Below, one piece after another: positions 38,751 through 50,800 of a stretch of 64,000 nt of DNA; positions within the stretch are counted from its first letter, which is position 1, and the number at the start of each line of letters is the position of its first letter. The position numbers and the translations under genes are program-made. The stretch is from Mobula hypostoma (Eukaryota): contig NC_086118.1 in NCBI RefSeq assembly GCF_963921235.1, positions 26,848,001-26,912,000 of the forward strand, written 5' to 3'. The notes under the pieces are model-generated. The model saw only the letters and a program-made list of their open reading frames with translations. It ran no database searches and had not been told where the DNA came from.

Positions 38751-39425
38751 CAAAAGGAGAGGTAATATGTAAATATTCTGCCTACAGCCACTTAAAACTT
38801 CTTTCTGGGGTTCCCTATGAAAGATTGTTTATACAATGTGTTGCAAAAGCATCAATTTTGGATATAGCAACATAATGAGGAATTAGAATAGTTTAGACAC
38901 CGAGTAGTTTGTGTTGTAACTTGAAATTATTTAGAATGGCTAAATAGATTTTGCATGAACTCCCTGTTCTGACAGCCCCATTTTATTTTGGGTTTACATT
39001 TTTGTCCAGCTATTATTGGAGCTACTACTTAATAGGTCAAGTTATCATCTATGAAAAGAATATTTCAGCTTAATAATGGTATTTCGGATTTCCTGCATCT
39101 GCAGTAATTGCTTGTACAATTCTGAATAATTTGTGTTCACTATTTTTAAATAAAAATCATTGTGAAAGGATAAATGTTTAGAAATATTTATTGAATATTT
39201 AAAGAAATGGATTGCAAAATCTTGGATTAAGTAAAAGGGAAGGTGAGTGCGGGAGAGGTTGCTGAAGTTCCCAAAATAAAGAATAAGACAAAAAGTTTAG
39301 AAAGGGTTCAGAATTTAACTTCAGACAACACGGAGCGGAAATTGAAGGGAAGGGTGGTGAATTCAGGACTCAATGTGTTAACTTGAATAAACAAAAGATA
39401 CAAAATAGGGTAGATGATCTAGTAG

Positions 39426-42400
39426 ATCAAAATAAGGTAGTTGATTAGATTGGAAGAAGTGTACAGACGCAGTAGCTCGTCATTGTGCAAGGCAGCTGAG
39501 ATTTAAAACGCGAGGAGTTTCTTTCAGTGGGAGATTTGATTAGGAGAAGTGCGCAGACGCAGTAGTTCGTCAATGCGCAAGGCTGCTAAGAAGATTCCAG
39601 GAAAAAAGGGAGACGCTGCCCAGCAGAGCGGTGTTCGAGGAAGTGATCATTGGAGCAGCACGAGTCAGAGTTGTTGGGCTTTGACTCATCTGGACTTTGG
39701 CAAGGACTGGCCTAGGTGAGGTAAGTTATTTTCATTTCTCTTTTTTTCTCTAACTTAAGATTAGTGGGTACGACTATAAGGCCAGTTTTCTGCTCTGGGG
39801 TCAGATGTGGGATATCCGTGAGACTTCCAGCCTCCCTGATGGGCCACATCAGTGCCAGGTGTATCGAGCTGCAGCTCCTTAGAGACCGGTGAGGGAACTG
39901 GAGCTGCAGCTCGATGACCTTCAACTTATCAGGGAAAGTGTGGAGGTGATCAATAGGAGCTACAAGCAGGTAGTCACACTGATAAGTAGGTCACTATCAG
40001 GAGAAGGAAGGGAGAGTGTCAGGTAGAAGAGAGCACCCCGTGACCGTCCCGCTTAACAATAAGTACTCCATCTTGAGTACTGTGGGGGGGGGGGGATTAC
40101 TTGAGGGAAGCAACAGTGGCCGTGCCTTTGGCACTGAGTCTGGCCTCTGTGACTCAAAAGGGTAGGGAACCAAAGAGAGTGGCAGCAGTAATAGGGGACT
40201 CTATAGTTAGGGGGACAGATAGGTGAACAAGGAACACGGATGGTAACTTGCCTCCCAGGTGCCAGGGATCATGATGTTTCTGAGCGTGTTCACAATATCC
40301 TGAAATGGGAGGGTGAGCAGCCAGAGATCGTGGTACATACTGGTACAAATGACGTAGATAGAAAAAGAGAGGAGGTCCTGAAAGTAGAATGCAGGGAGTT
40401 TGGAAGTGAGTTGAGAAGCAGGACCTCGAGGGTAGTAATCTCGTGATTGCTGCTTCTGCCACACGACAGTGAGTATAGGAATAGTATGAGGTGGCGGATA
40501 AACGCGTGACTGCAGGATTGGAGCAGGGGGCAAGAATTCAGATTTTTGGATCATTGGAACCTCTTTTGGGACAGGTGTGACCCCTATACAGAAAGAGTGG
40601 GTTGCACTTGAATCCAACGGGGACCAATATCCTGGTGGGGAGGTTTGCTAATGCTACTGGGGAGGGTTTAAACTAGATTTACAGGGAACCAAAGTAAAGA
40701 GGCAGAGGAAGGGGCCGTTGGCGCACAAGTAGAGACAGCTTGTAGGGAGTTTGTGAGGAACGACAGGCAGATGATGGAGCAAAGATGCACTCAGCCTGAT
40801 GGTTTGAGATGTGTCTATTTTAATGCAAGGAGTATCATCAACAAGGCGGATGAATTCAGATCGTGGAATGTGACATTCTGGCCATTACAGAGACTTGGAT
40901 GTCTCAGGGGCAGGAATGGCTGCTGAGTGTGCCAGGCTTTAGGTGTTTCAAAAAGGACAAGGAGGGAGGCAAGAGATGGGTGTGTGGCATTGCTAACCAA
41001 GGATAGTGTCACGGTTGCAGAAAGGGAGGTAGTCATGGAGGGATTATTTACTGTCAGTGTGGGTGGAAGTCTGGAACAGGAAGGGGACAATAACTCTTAC
41101 TGGGTGTTTTTTTTTATAGACCCTCCCCAATAGTAACAGGGACATTGAGGAGCAGAAAGGAGGGCAGAGGGCAGGAATAGTGCAATAACAATAGGGTTGT
41201 TGTGGTGGGAGATTTTAACTTGCCTAATACTGACTGGCATCTCCTTAGAGCAAGGGGTATAGATGAAGTGGAGTTTGTTATGAGTATTCAGGAAAGTTTC
41301 CTGATGCAATATGTAGATAAGCCAACTAAAGGGGAGGCTGTACTTGTTCTGGTATTGGGAAATGAACCTGGTCAGGTGTCAGGTCTCTCAGTGGGAGAGC
41401 GTTTTGGAGGTAGTGATCACAACTCTATCTCCTTTACCATAGTGCTGAAGAAGGATAGGAGCAGATTTGGGAAAACATTTAATTGGGGTAGGGGGAAATA
41501 TAATGCTATTAGGTAGGAACTTGGGAGCAGATATTCTCAGGGAAATTCAGGGAACATTTGTATGGCGTTCTGCATAGGTATGTTCCATTGAGGCAGGGAA
41601 AGGATGGTAGGGTAAAAGAACCATGGTGCACAAACAGTGTGGAAAATCTAAGAAGAAAAGCAAGTTTACAAAAGATTCAAGAAACTAGTGTAATGCCCTG
41701 GTTCATACTTTTACTGTTAGGCTGTATGCATTTCATTTGTGCTGTATGTATTTGGCAGTTCTGTAAGAGAAACTTGTTTTTAGATTGCTCAGGTTATGGT
41801 TGAAGATGAGAGATGGAGAGAAATGTGTGTGTTCCAATTAGGATGGTGAAATTAAGGGGAGGTTTCTCTGGTGAGGGACACTAAGGTTGGTCTTGGGCTT
41901 TTGTTCGTCGGGAGACCCGTTCGTCCGAGATGGATTGTGAGTGATGTATGGAAAGTGCTGTGGGCGATCATGTTGACTGACGACCCCAGTGCGTGAGTGA
42001 TATGGAAGTTCAAGATGAGCTTCCAACTTGTGCACATCTGTTTAATTAGAATGGGCTCTTTCTTTTTGTTATTCTTTACTAACCCTTCAGTTAAGATTCA
42101 TAAATATAATTCCTTTAATCGTATGCAGTGTATTCTCTGTTATTTTATGGCACTAATTTGTAATAGGGGAGCGAATTACACAGCATCCACACAAACCGGG
42201 GCTTGGGGAGGCAGCGTGCCTCAATCTTACAAGCTTGGCGGGATTGGAGGTTGTCTTCCCTAGACCTACGCAGCCGAGGAAACCTGGGTGTTTTCACTAG
42301 ATACTGATAGAGTTCTAGAAAATTACAAGGTTGCCAGGAAGGACCTTAAGAATGAAATTAGGAGAGCTAGAAGGGGCCATGAGAAGACCTCGACAAGCAG

Positions 42401-43426
42401 GATTAAGGAAAACCCCAAGACTTTCTACAAGTATGTGAAGAGCAAAAGGATGAGCTGTGAGAGTATCGGACCAATCAGGTGCGATAGTGGAAATGACCTG
42501 GATAAGGAAGTAGAAGGTTGAGTTAGTAAGTTTACTGATGACACAGAAGTTGGGAGCTGTTGTGAATAGTCTGGAGGGTTGTCAGAGGTTACAGCAGGAC
42601 ATTGATAGGATGCAGAGCTGGGCTGAGAAGTGGCATATGGAGTTCAACCCAGATAAGTGTGAAGTGGTTCATTTTGATAGGTCAAACTTTGAGAGAATAT
42701 TAATGGGTAAGAATCTTGGCAAGGTGGAGGATGAGAGAAATCTTAGGGTCTATGTCCATAGGACATTCAAAACTGCTGCACAGGTTGACAGTGTTGTTAA
42801 GAAGGCATATGGTGTGTTGACCTTCATCAACCATGAGATTGAGTTCAAGAGCCATGAGGTAATGCTACAGCTGTACAAGACCTTGGTTAGAACTCACTTG
42901 GAGTACTGTGTTCAGTTCTGATCACCTCACTACAGGAAGGATGTGGATACTATAGAGAGAGTGCAGAGGAAATTTACAAGGATGATGCCTGGATTGCAGA
43001 GCATATCTTTTGAGAATAGGTTGATTGAACTTGACCTTTTCTCCTTGGAGCAATGGAGGATGAGAGGTGACTTGATAAGAGGTGTATAAGATGATGAGAA
43101 GTATTTATTGTGTGGATAGGCAGAGGCTTTTTCCTTGGTCTGAAATGGTTAACATGAAGGGGCCTAGTTTTGAGGTACTTGGAAGTAGGTATAGGGGGGA
43201 TGTCAGGGCTAAGATTTTCCACAGTGTGGTGGGTGTGTGGAATGCACTGCTGGCAATGGTTGTGGAGGCAGATACAATAGGATCTTTTAAGAGACTCTTA
43301 GATAGGTACATGGAGCTTAGTAAAAGAGGGCTATGCGGTTTCTACTGGGCAGTATCTAGAGTAGGTTACATGGTCGGTACAACATTGTGGGCCAAAAGCC
43401 CTGTAATGTGCTGTAGATTTCTATGT
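39426..43426 (+). mobile_element. Near full-length CR1 LINE (esterase-type ORF1, EN-RT ORF2), degenerate with an internal deletion
   Basis: ORF1 VIGDSIVRG, CLPGARDHDV, IVVHTGTND; ORF2 YFNARSI, VGDFNLP, SDHNSI, KFTDDT, RTHLEYCVQF; 3' TTCTATGT tail; 8-bp TSD. Confidence 0.9.
41689..42296. mobile_element. Solo LTR (Gypsy-like) inserted in the CR1
   Basis: TG...CA ends, 4-bp TSD CTAG 41685-41688/42297-42300, CR1 sequence resumes after it. Confidence 0.8.
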
Positions 43427-44888
43427 TCTAGTAGCAGAGTTAGAAAATTGTAGGTATGATGTTGTGGGCATCAATGAGCTAGGAGCTTAACATCCAGAAA
43501 AAACATAGCATATCAAAAGAATAGGCATTAGTGTAGAGCGTGTGAGGTGGCTTTGTTGGTTCAGAAAAAATGAAATCAAATCCTTAGAAAGAATTGACAT
43601 AGGAGCTGAAGATGTAGAATCCTTGTAGGTTAAACTGCAAGGGTAAAAATACCTTAAAGGGAATCATATAGAGGCCTTTTAATAGTAGACAGGATATGGG
43701 ATACAAATAACAAGAGGAGATAGAAAAGGAATGTTGCTATGGTCATGGGGGATTTCAATATGCAGGTAGATTGGGAAAATCAAAATGGTGCTGGATCCTA
43801 AGGGAAGTAATTTGTAGAATGCTTAAGAGATGGCTTTTTAGAGCAGTTTGTGTTTAGACTAACCAGGGATAAGGAAATTCTAGATTGGGTTTTGTGTAAT
43901 GAATGAGATTTGATTGGGATCTTAAGATAAAAGAACCCTTAGGAGACAGTGATCATAATACGTTAGAAGCTGGCCAAAACTGTTGGAAAGGGACATTAGC
44001 AAGTTTAGTGGTAGAACAGCAATTGCTGGAGGTTCTGGGAGTAATTTGGAACACACAGGATCAAAGAGGCAGCAGTATTCAAAAGGGAAGGTGAGGTAAC
44101 TGTGGCTGACAACTGAACTCAAGACAGCACAAAAGCAAAAGGGAAGGCATACAATACAGTGAAAAGTGGAAAGCTTTTAAAAACCAGCGAAACGCAACTA
44201 ATAAAGCAAAAGGAGAGGAAAGCTGAAATATGAACATAAGCTAGCCAATAATATAAGAGGATACCAAAAGATTTTTTAAAAGAGAAGCAAGAGTGGACAA
44301 CGGACAGCTGGAAAATGATGGTGGATAGGTAGTTGTGGGAAAACAATGAAATAGCAGATGAACAGAATAAGTATTTTGCATCAGTCTTCATTATGGAAGA
44401 CACCAGCAGCATGTCAGAAATTCAAGTCAGGGGCATAAGTGAGTGTAGTTGCTATTACTAAAGAGAAGGTGCTTTGAAAGCTGAAACGTCTTAAGTTGAA
44501 AAGTCACCTGGACCGAACGGGTTTTGACAGAGGTAGTTGAAGAGATTATAGAGAGGTATTAGTAAGTGATCTTCCATGGAACTCTAGATTCTGAAGTGGA
44601 GCCAGAGGACTGGAAAAATCACAAATGTCAATCCACTCTTTAAAAATAGAGGAATGCAAGAGACAGTAAATTTAATGCCAGTTAGCCTGGCTTCCGTAGT
44701 TGGTAAGTTGTTAAGAGTCCATTATTAAGGATGAGGTTTTGGAGTACTTGGAGGCACTCTAAGTCAATTATGGTTTCCTTAAGAGGAAATCTTGCCTGAC
44801 AAATCTGTTGGAATTCTTTGAGGAAGTAACAGACAGGACAGACAAAGGAGAGTCAGTGTAAGTCGATTACTTGGCTTTTCTGAAGGCA

Positions 44889-45125
44889 CGACATGTTACG
44901 TAGCACTATCCCAGTGCAAGTAACCTGGGTTCAATTCCTTCACTGTCTGTCAATAGTCTGTATGTTCTTCCTGTGACTGCATGGGTTTCCTCTGGGTGCT
45001 CGATTTTCCTTTCATATTCCAAGAATGTGCAGGCTAGTAGGTTAACTGGTCAAATGGGTGTAATTGGGTGGCGGGGACTTGTTGGCTAGAAATGGCCTAC
45101 TACTGTACTAATTCTCCAAAAATAA
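44889..45125 (+). mobile_element. HE1-like SINE inside the old CR1
   Basis: GGGTTCAATTCC B box, GGGTTTCCTCTGGGTGCTC core, A-rich tail. Confidence 0.7.
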
Positions 45126-45506
45126 AAAGACCTTCAACAAGGTGCTGCACATAAGTCTTCTAAACAAGTCTATGGTATTACAGCAAATATATTAGCTAGA
45201 CAGAATAACATACAAAATGCTGCTGGAGCTCAGCAGGTCAGGAATAAATAATTGACTTTTTTGGCTGAGACTCTTCATGAGCATGGACAGAAAATTAGTT
45301 GATTGGCAGAAGCCCAAGAGAATGGGCAAAGAAGCAGCAGATTAAATAGAATACAGGGAAGTGTATAGTCAACATGTGGACTATTTTTTTTTCCCCAACG
45401 GAATAAATTCAAAAACTGGAAGTGCAAAAGAACTCGACAGTCCTAGTGCAAGATTCCCTAAAGCTAACTTGCAGGTTGAGCTGGTAGTGAGGAAAGCAAA
45501 TGCAAT

Positions 45507-45724
45507 CAACAGGAATTCTGCAGATGCTGGAAATTCAAGCAACACACATCAAAGTTGCTGGTGAACGCAGCAGGCCAGGTAGCATCTGTAGGAAGAGGTG
45601 CAGTCGACGTTTCAGGCCGAGACCCTTCGTCCTGACGAAGGGTCTCGGCCTGAAATGTCGACTGCACCTCTTCCTACAGATGCTGCCTGGCCTGCTGCGT
45701 TCACCAGCAACTTTGATGTGTGTT
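45507..45724. mobile_element. Young fold-back PLE terminal-repeat element, 15-bp TSD, inserted in a CR1 remnant
   Basis: GAAAGCAAATGCAAT at 45492-45506 and 45725-45739; 92-bp arms 45540-45631/45634-45725 with 2 mismatches and a 2-nt spacer. Confidence 0.9.
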
Positions 45725-45863
45725 GAAAGCAAATGCAATGTTAGCATTCATTCCAAGAGGACTGTAACATAAACGATATAATGCTGAGACTTTATAATAC
45801 ATTGGTCAGACCACCTTGGAGTACTATGATCAGTATAGGACTCCATATCTAAGAAAGGGTGTT

Positions 45864-46189
45864 CTGACCTGCTGAGCTCCAGCAGCATTTTGTATGTTAA
45901 TCTGTCTAGCTAATACGTTTGCTGTAATACCATAGACTTACCTTGTTTAGAAGACTTATGTGCAGCACCTTGTTGAAGGTTTTATTTTATTATTTGGAGA
46001 ATCAGTACAGTAGTAGGCCATTCCTAGCCAACAAGTCCCCATCACCCAATTACACCCATTTGATCAATTAACCTACTAGCCTGCACATTCTTGGAATACG
46101 GAAGGAAAATGGAGCACCCAGAGGAAACCCATGCAGTCACAGGAAGAACCTACAAACTATTGACAGACAGTGAAGGAATTGATCCCAGG
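45864..46189 (-). repeat. Inverted duplicate of 44924-45241
   Basis: Reverse complement aligns along its whole length, including the SINE/CR1/PLE junctions. Confidence 0.9.
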
Positions 46190-46963
46190 AATGAAAGAGA
46201 TAACATATGTATGAGGAGCGTTAGATGGCTCTAGGCTTGTACTCGCTGGAGTTTTGAAGAATGAGGGAGGGAAATTGCATCGAAACCTGTCCAATATTTA
46301 AAGGCCTAAATAGAATGTACGTGGAGAGGCTACTTCCCAGAGTGAGCGAGTTTATGAACAGAGGGCACAACATCAGAATAGCAGGATGTGCTTTTAGAAT
46401 AGATATGAGGAGGAATTTCTTTAGCTAGAGGGTGGTGAATCTGTGGATTTCATTGCCGCAGACAGCTATGGAGGACAAGTTGCTGGGTATATTTAATGTA
46501 GAGGTTGATATGTTCTTGATTAGTAAGGGCATCAGAGATTAACGGGAGAAGGAAGTAGAATGAGTTTGAGAGAGAAAATAAATTAAACATGACTGAATGA
46601 CGGAGCACACAATGGGCCAAATGGCTGACTTCTGCTCCTATAATCTTAATGTAAAATAATTACGAGTCCATTCCATGCAAGAAGACGATAAACCCAGGCA
46701 AGTGCAGCTCCTCACATACTCAGTACTCATCTTCTTGTTGGATTCACCATTTGTTTGACAGATAGAATGATAGATAACAAATGTCTTTGTAATTAAAAGT
46801 TTGAATAAAACTTACTTTTCAGCATTTGCCAGTTGTGTGCCTTGTGTAAATTTATCATAATAATAACCTTTCAGATTGCAGTTATGACTTAGCTACACGA
46901 ACTTGAACTTCAATAACCATGGATGTGGTGAAGATAAAGGAAAACTATTTAGAATTAAAGCTA

Positions 46964-47034
46964 TTTATTAACAGTTAATTGTTCACATCAAGAAATTTTA
47001 ACATTTGTTTTAATTATCAAAGTCGAAATTTATT
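46964..47034 (-). terminator. Candidate HEXD polyadenylation signals
   Basis: AATAAA on minus strand at 47034-47029 and 46969-46964; usage unknown. Confidence 0.35.
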
Positions 47035-47700
47035 AAGACAAAGATTTGTCAACATACCACAGATTTAATTACTAATATATATTAAAAAAAGGCATGTCCA
47101 CAGTATAACAAAACAATTGATTCTGACTTTGAGAATTGTTTTTAAACAGACATACTCCAGCCTGGTCCCTGTTACAGCATTTCACAGTTTTTAAATCTTT
47201 GAGAAATTAATTCAATTTGCCAACATCCCATTGTAAGCAAATCTGCTTGGCTCAGAAACATTTAGAATAAACTGTTTGACTTTGGTTGTTATTCAAAACG
47301 GAGAAGGATAATAGGGCTGAGACATACTATAGGTACGTCTCTATTGAAACAATATACACAGAAACAGTTTACTGTAAATTGAGGCTACTTTCTCAGAAAT
47401 TGAACAGTGAACTGTTCACCATTGTACATAACTGATACTTTTATATTTCATGCATTACTCCTCCTCAACATTTGATGGGTATTGCCCATGCCTGGATACC
47501 TCAGAAGATGAAACAGGTAGTGTGCACACAGGCAATGACGGTGCGTATTCTATTACATGCGATTGATCTCAATACCTTGAATTTTTTAAAACTTATTATA
47601 TGATAGGATGAACCTTGACAGTAAATCATCAAATGCAGTAACATATTCAAATTAAACGAATTGATATAATGACTGTCTTTGAAGACAGGCATAATTTTTT

Positions 47701-47875
47701 TTATTTGGTGTCAATTGATGCTAAAGCTTCATCCATATCGTGCACGAGGCACTGTAACCTTGTCAAAGCTGGGTTAACGTGTTCTTCTATCCACTCTTCC
47801 ACAGTATCTGGATAATAAATTCTTTCCATTGCTGTACGCAGTTTACTTATGGCTGCCTCCCAAAGTGCATAGACA
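47701..47875 (-). CDS. HEXD: HEXD last coding exon (VYALWEAA...[18 protein letters not shown]...IDTK*)
   Basis: CTAG acceptor, TAA at 47703-47701. Confidence 0.94.
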
Positions 47876-50800
47876 CTAGAAAACATTTAGTATCTATTAT
47901 TATTTAGAATAATGTTTCTATTTTATTAGATAGCTGGTTAATTTTAGATCAGTAATTGTTTCTATAGTTTATCTTTCCAGATGCATTATTACATTGTACA
48001 AAGAAAAACATAAGCAAAATAAAATCATACCTTCTAACTTCTCCTTCAAAATTCTGAATGATACCAGGGTGGACATACTTTCTCTTTCTGTGGTAGTTAC
48101 TGAACCATCCTCTTATATATCTAATAAAAAACGGAAAATTGCTAAATAGCTAAAACAAGACCGGTTTGTCTTAAAACGTATAAAATGCCTGCAATATCTG
48201 CATGAGTTTTCAGGGTGGATGATGGCACCTAACGGCGACTCCTTTGCTTACATCTTTGGAAACAGCTCTATTTCTACCTTTAATACCTTTATTTTTCCCT
48301 TTTCAGGGTTCTTTTGAAGACCCTGACCTGGAGTTACATGCAGGCTTTGGTTCTTTGTGGGAATGGGACCCGTTCCTGGGGTTCCACGACTGGCCACTTT
48401 TCAACATGCCAAGGGTTCGGCCTGAGAATCTCAATTATGTTCAGAAGCCTAAAATCTCAGGGCTCTGGAGACGGACGGATCGAGGGTTTCTGTCACAGCA
48501 AGAGACTCGTGTGTCGTCGGGGAGGCCAGAAAATCTTTCGCCCTGGGCCTAAAGACCCAGTGTCTTCGATCTTTGGATACAGAGCTCAAAAAAAGCGACG
48601 TAAAGGACTTTTAAGATCATAAACCAGTGGGTTGCTGTTATGTCTCCTGCTCGCTGTGAAAATGGGGGACACCTCTCTCTCCCTTGCCATGGAGAAAACC
48701 TGTGGTTTGTCACATTTCGGATGAATTGCAAAGCTTTTGGGGTAACTTTGGTCTATGTCTTTGCTACAGCTTAGCACAGGCTTGGGCTCGGTGATGGTAC
48801 CGATGCATGTTTCATTTTGCTGGTGGGGGGGGAAGGGGGGACTGTTGTTTGCTGCCACTTATGCACTGGACGGGGGAGCTGGGGCGAACTTTGGGGTTCT
48901 CAGTTTAACTGTCATTCATTCTTTGGGGCACTTCCCTGTTTTTGTGGATGTTTGTGAAGAAAAAGCATTTCAGGTTGTATATATTTCTCTGACATTAGAT
49001 TTGACCTTTGAACCTTTGAATTTTAGGAGCTAACATTTACCAGAAGTATAGTTAATAACCTGTATAATTTTGTACATCAAACAGCAATTCATTTATTTTG
49101 GGGAAAAATCCAGTTGAAGCCAAATGTGTTTTGACTTAAAAGTATCAAAAAGCATTCAGTAATTCATTTTTAGGGTATAATGACTGCAGTAACCATCATT
49201 TGATGATAGTCCAAGTTTTTAAGAAAAAGTCACTACCAAGCAATGCTGTGAAAAACTGTAGAAATATTAGTTTGTTTTCTAAACTTAATTAACACCCATA
49301 AAATGATTTAACACCTTTAGTGGAATAATGCCAATCAGCAAATACATAAAAGCCACATACAAAGCTATTGTTTCATTGTTGAGAAAACAATCTAGTATTT
49401 TAAACAGCTTAATGCTTACATCCAACTAGCGGAAAGGGGAATTTCAAAAAAACAGCTCAGTTGCTAAGGCAGGGGTTCCCACCCAGGAGTCCACAGATCC
49501 CTTGGTTAATGGTAGGGGTTCATGGCATAAAAAAGGCTGGGAACCCTTATGCTAATGTCTCAATAACCTACATCTAAGTGCAAATATATCCCACTTGGAT
49601 GAGTACAAAAATGACGTCAAAATAAAATGCCTGGAGTTTTTCATCACATGAATAGATGGATATAATATCACCAATTAAAATTACAGTACCATATTTTTAC
49701 AAGATTTCTGGACATTTAGCATTTGGGTTACAATTCAGAACCCTGTTTTTAATTCCAGTATGTTTTGCACAAACACGAGCGATCACCTGCAATTCTTAAA
49801 AAATAAACCATTTTCCCCCAAAAAGATTTCTGCTGGCCTTTTCTGGACGTCTTCCAGAGCAGGTCTTTATTTGCAGTCAGTTGCAAAAGCTTTGTCGGAA
49901 AACATACCCCTAAGCTTTTGTACTTCAATGATCACAAGATCAGAAAGAACAAAGGCCATTCGCCAGGTGAACATAAGCACACTCATCTCCAGAGATGCCT
50001 ACAACCCCAAACCCTAGACCTTAAACTTGACAGTGAAATAGAATTCAGATTTAATAATTGTTTTTTCCAAATATTTATAATTTGGTAATTGAGTTCTTAC
50101 ATGTTTTCATGAAGTTTATCAACAGATTGCTGTAGGTAAGTAATAATGTGAGTGACGTGGTCAAGTACTTCACTGCCTGGAAAACTGCCAGCATCTTCAA
50201 CGCTGTAAAACAAGTACATCAGAATCTCTTCAGACTAACATTTCACTCGTCAATTACTGCTCATTTGTTTTGGAATTGCTGTGACTTCTCAATTACCATC
50301 TCCACTAGAATAAATCATAAATCTTTCATTCAATGCAAATTGAATTTCATTCAAATCTTTTACGCCTTCATAAATCAAACCATTAAGTACAGGCACTGGG
50401 GTGTTATGTTGAAGTTGTGTAAGTTGTTGATGAGGATTAATCTGGAGTATTGTATGCAGTTCTGGTCACCTACCTACAAGAAAGCCATCAATAAGATTGA
50501 AAGAGTGCGGAGAAAATTTACAAGGATGCTGCCAGGAGTTGAGGACCTGAGTTAAAGGGAAAGGTTGAATAGGTTAGAACTTCATTCCATACAGCGTAAG
50601 AGAATAAGGATTTGATAGAGGTATTCAAAATCATGAGGGGTATAGATAAGGTAAATGCAAGCAGGTTTTTTCCACTGAGGTTGGGTGAGATTAGGTCATG
50701 GGTTGAGGGTGAAAGGTGAAATATTTCAGGAGCGAATCAGGGGAAACTTCTTCACTCGGGGGTGCTGAGAGTGTGGAATGAGCTGCCAGCAGAAGTGGTG

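Larger units (their letters stand above)
39230..46642 (+). mobile_element. Old CR1 LINE ORF2 remnant, host of several nested insertions
   Basis: Endonuclease start continues across TCTAGTAG (39418-39425/43427-43434); MGDFNM, GDSDHN, RGKSCLTNLLEFFEEVT, QVELVVRKANAMLAF, 3' end CTTCTGCTCCTAT. Confidence 0.75.
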
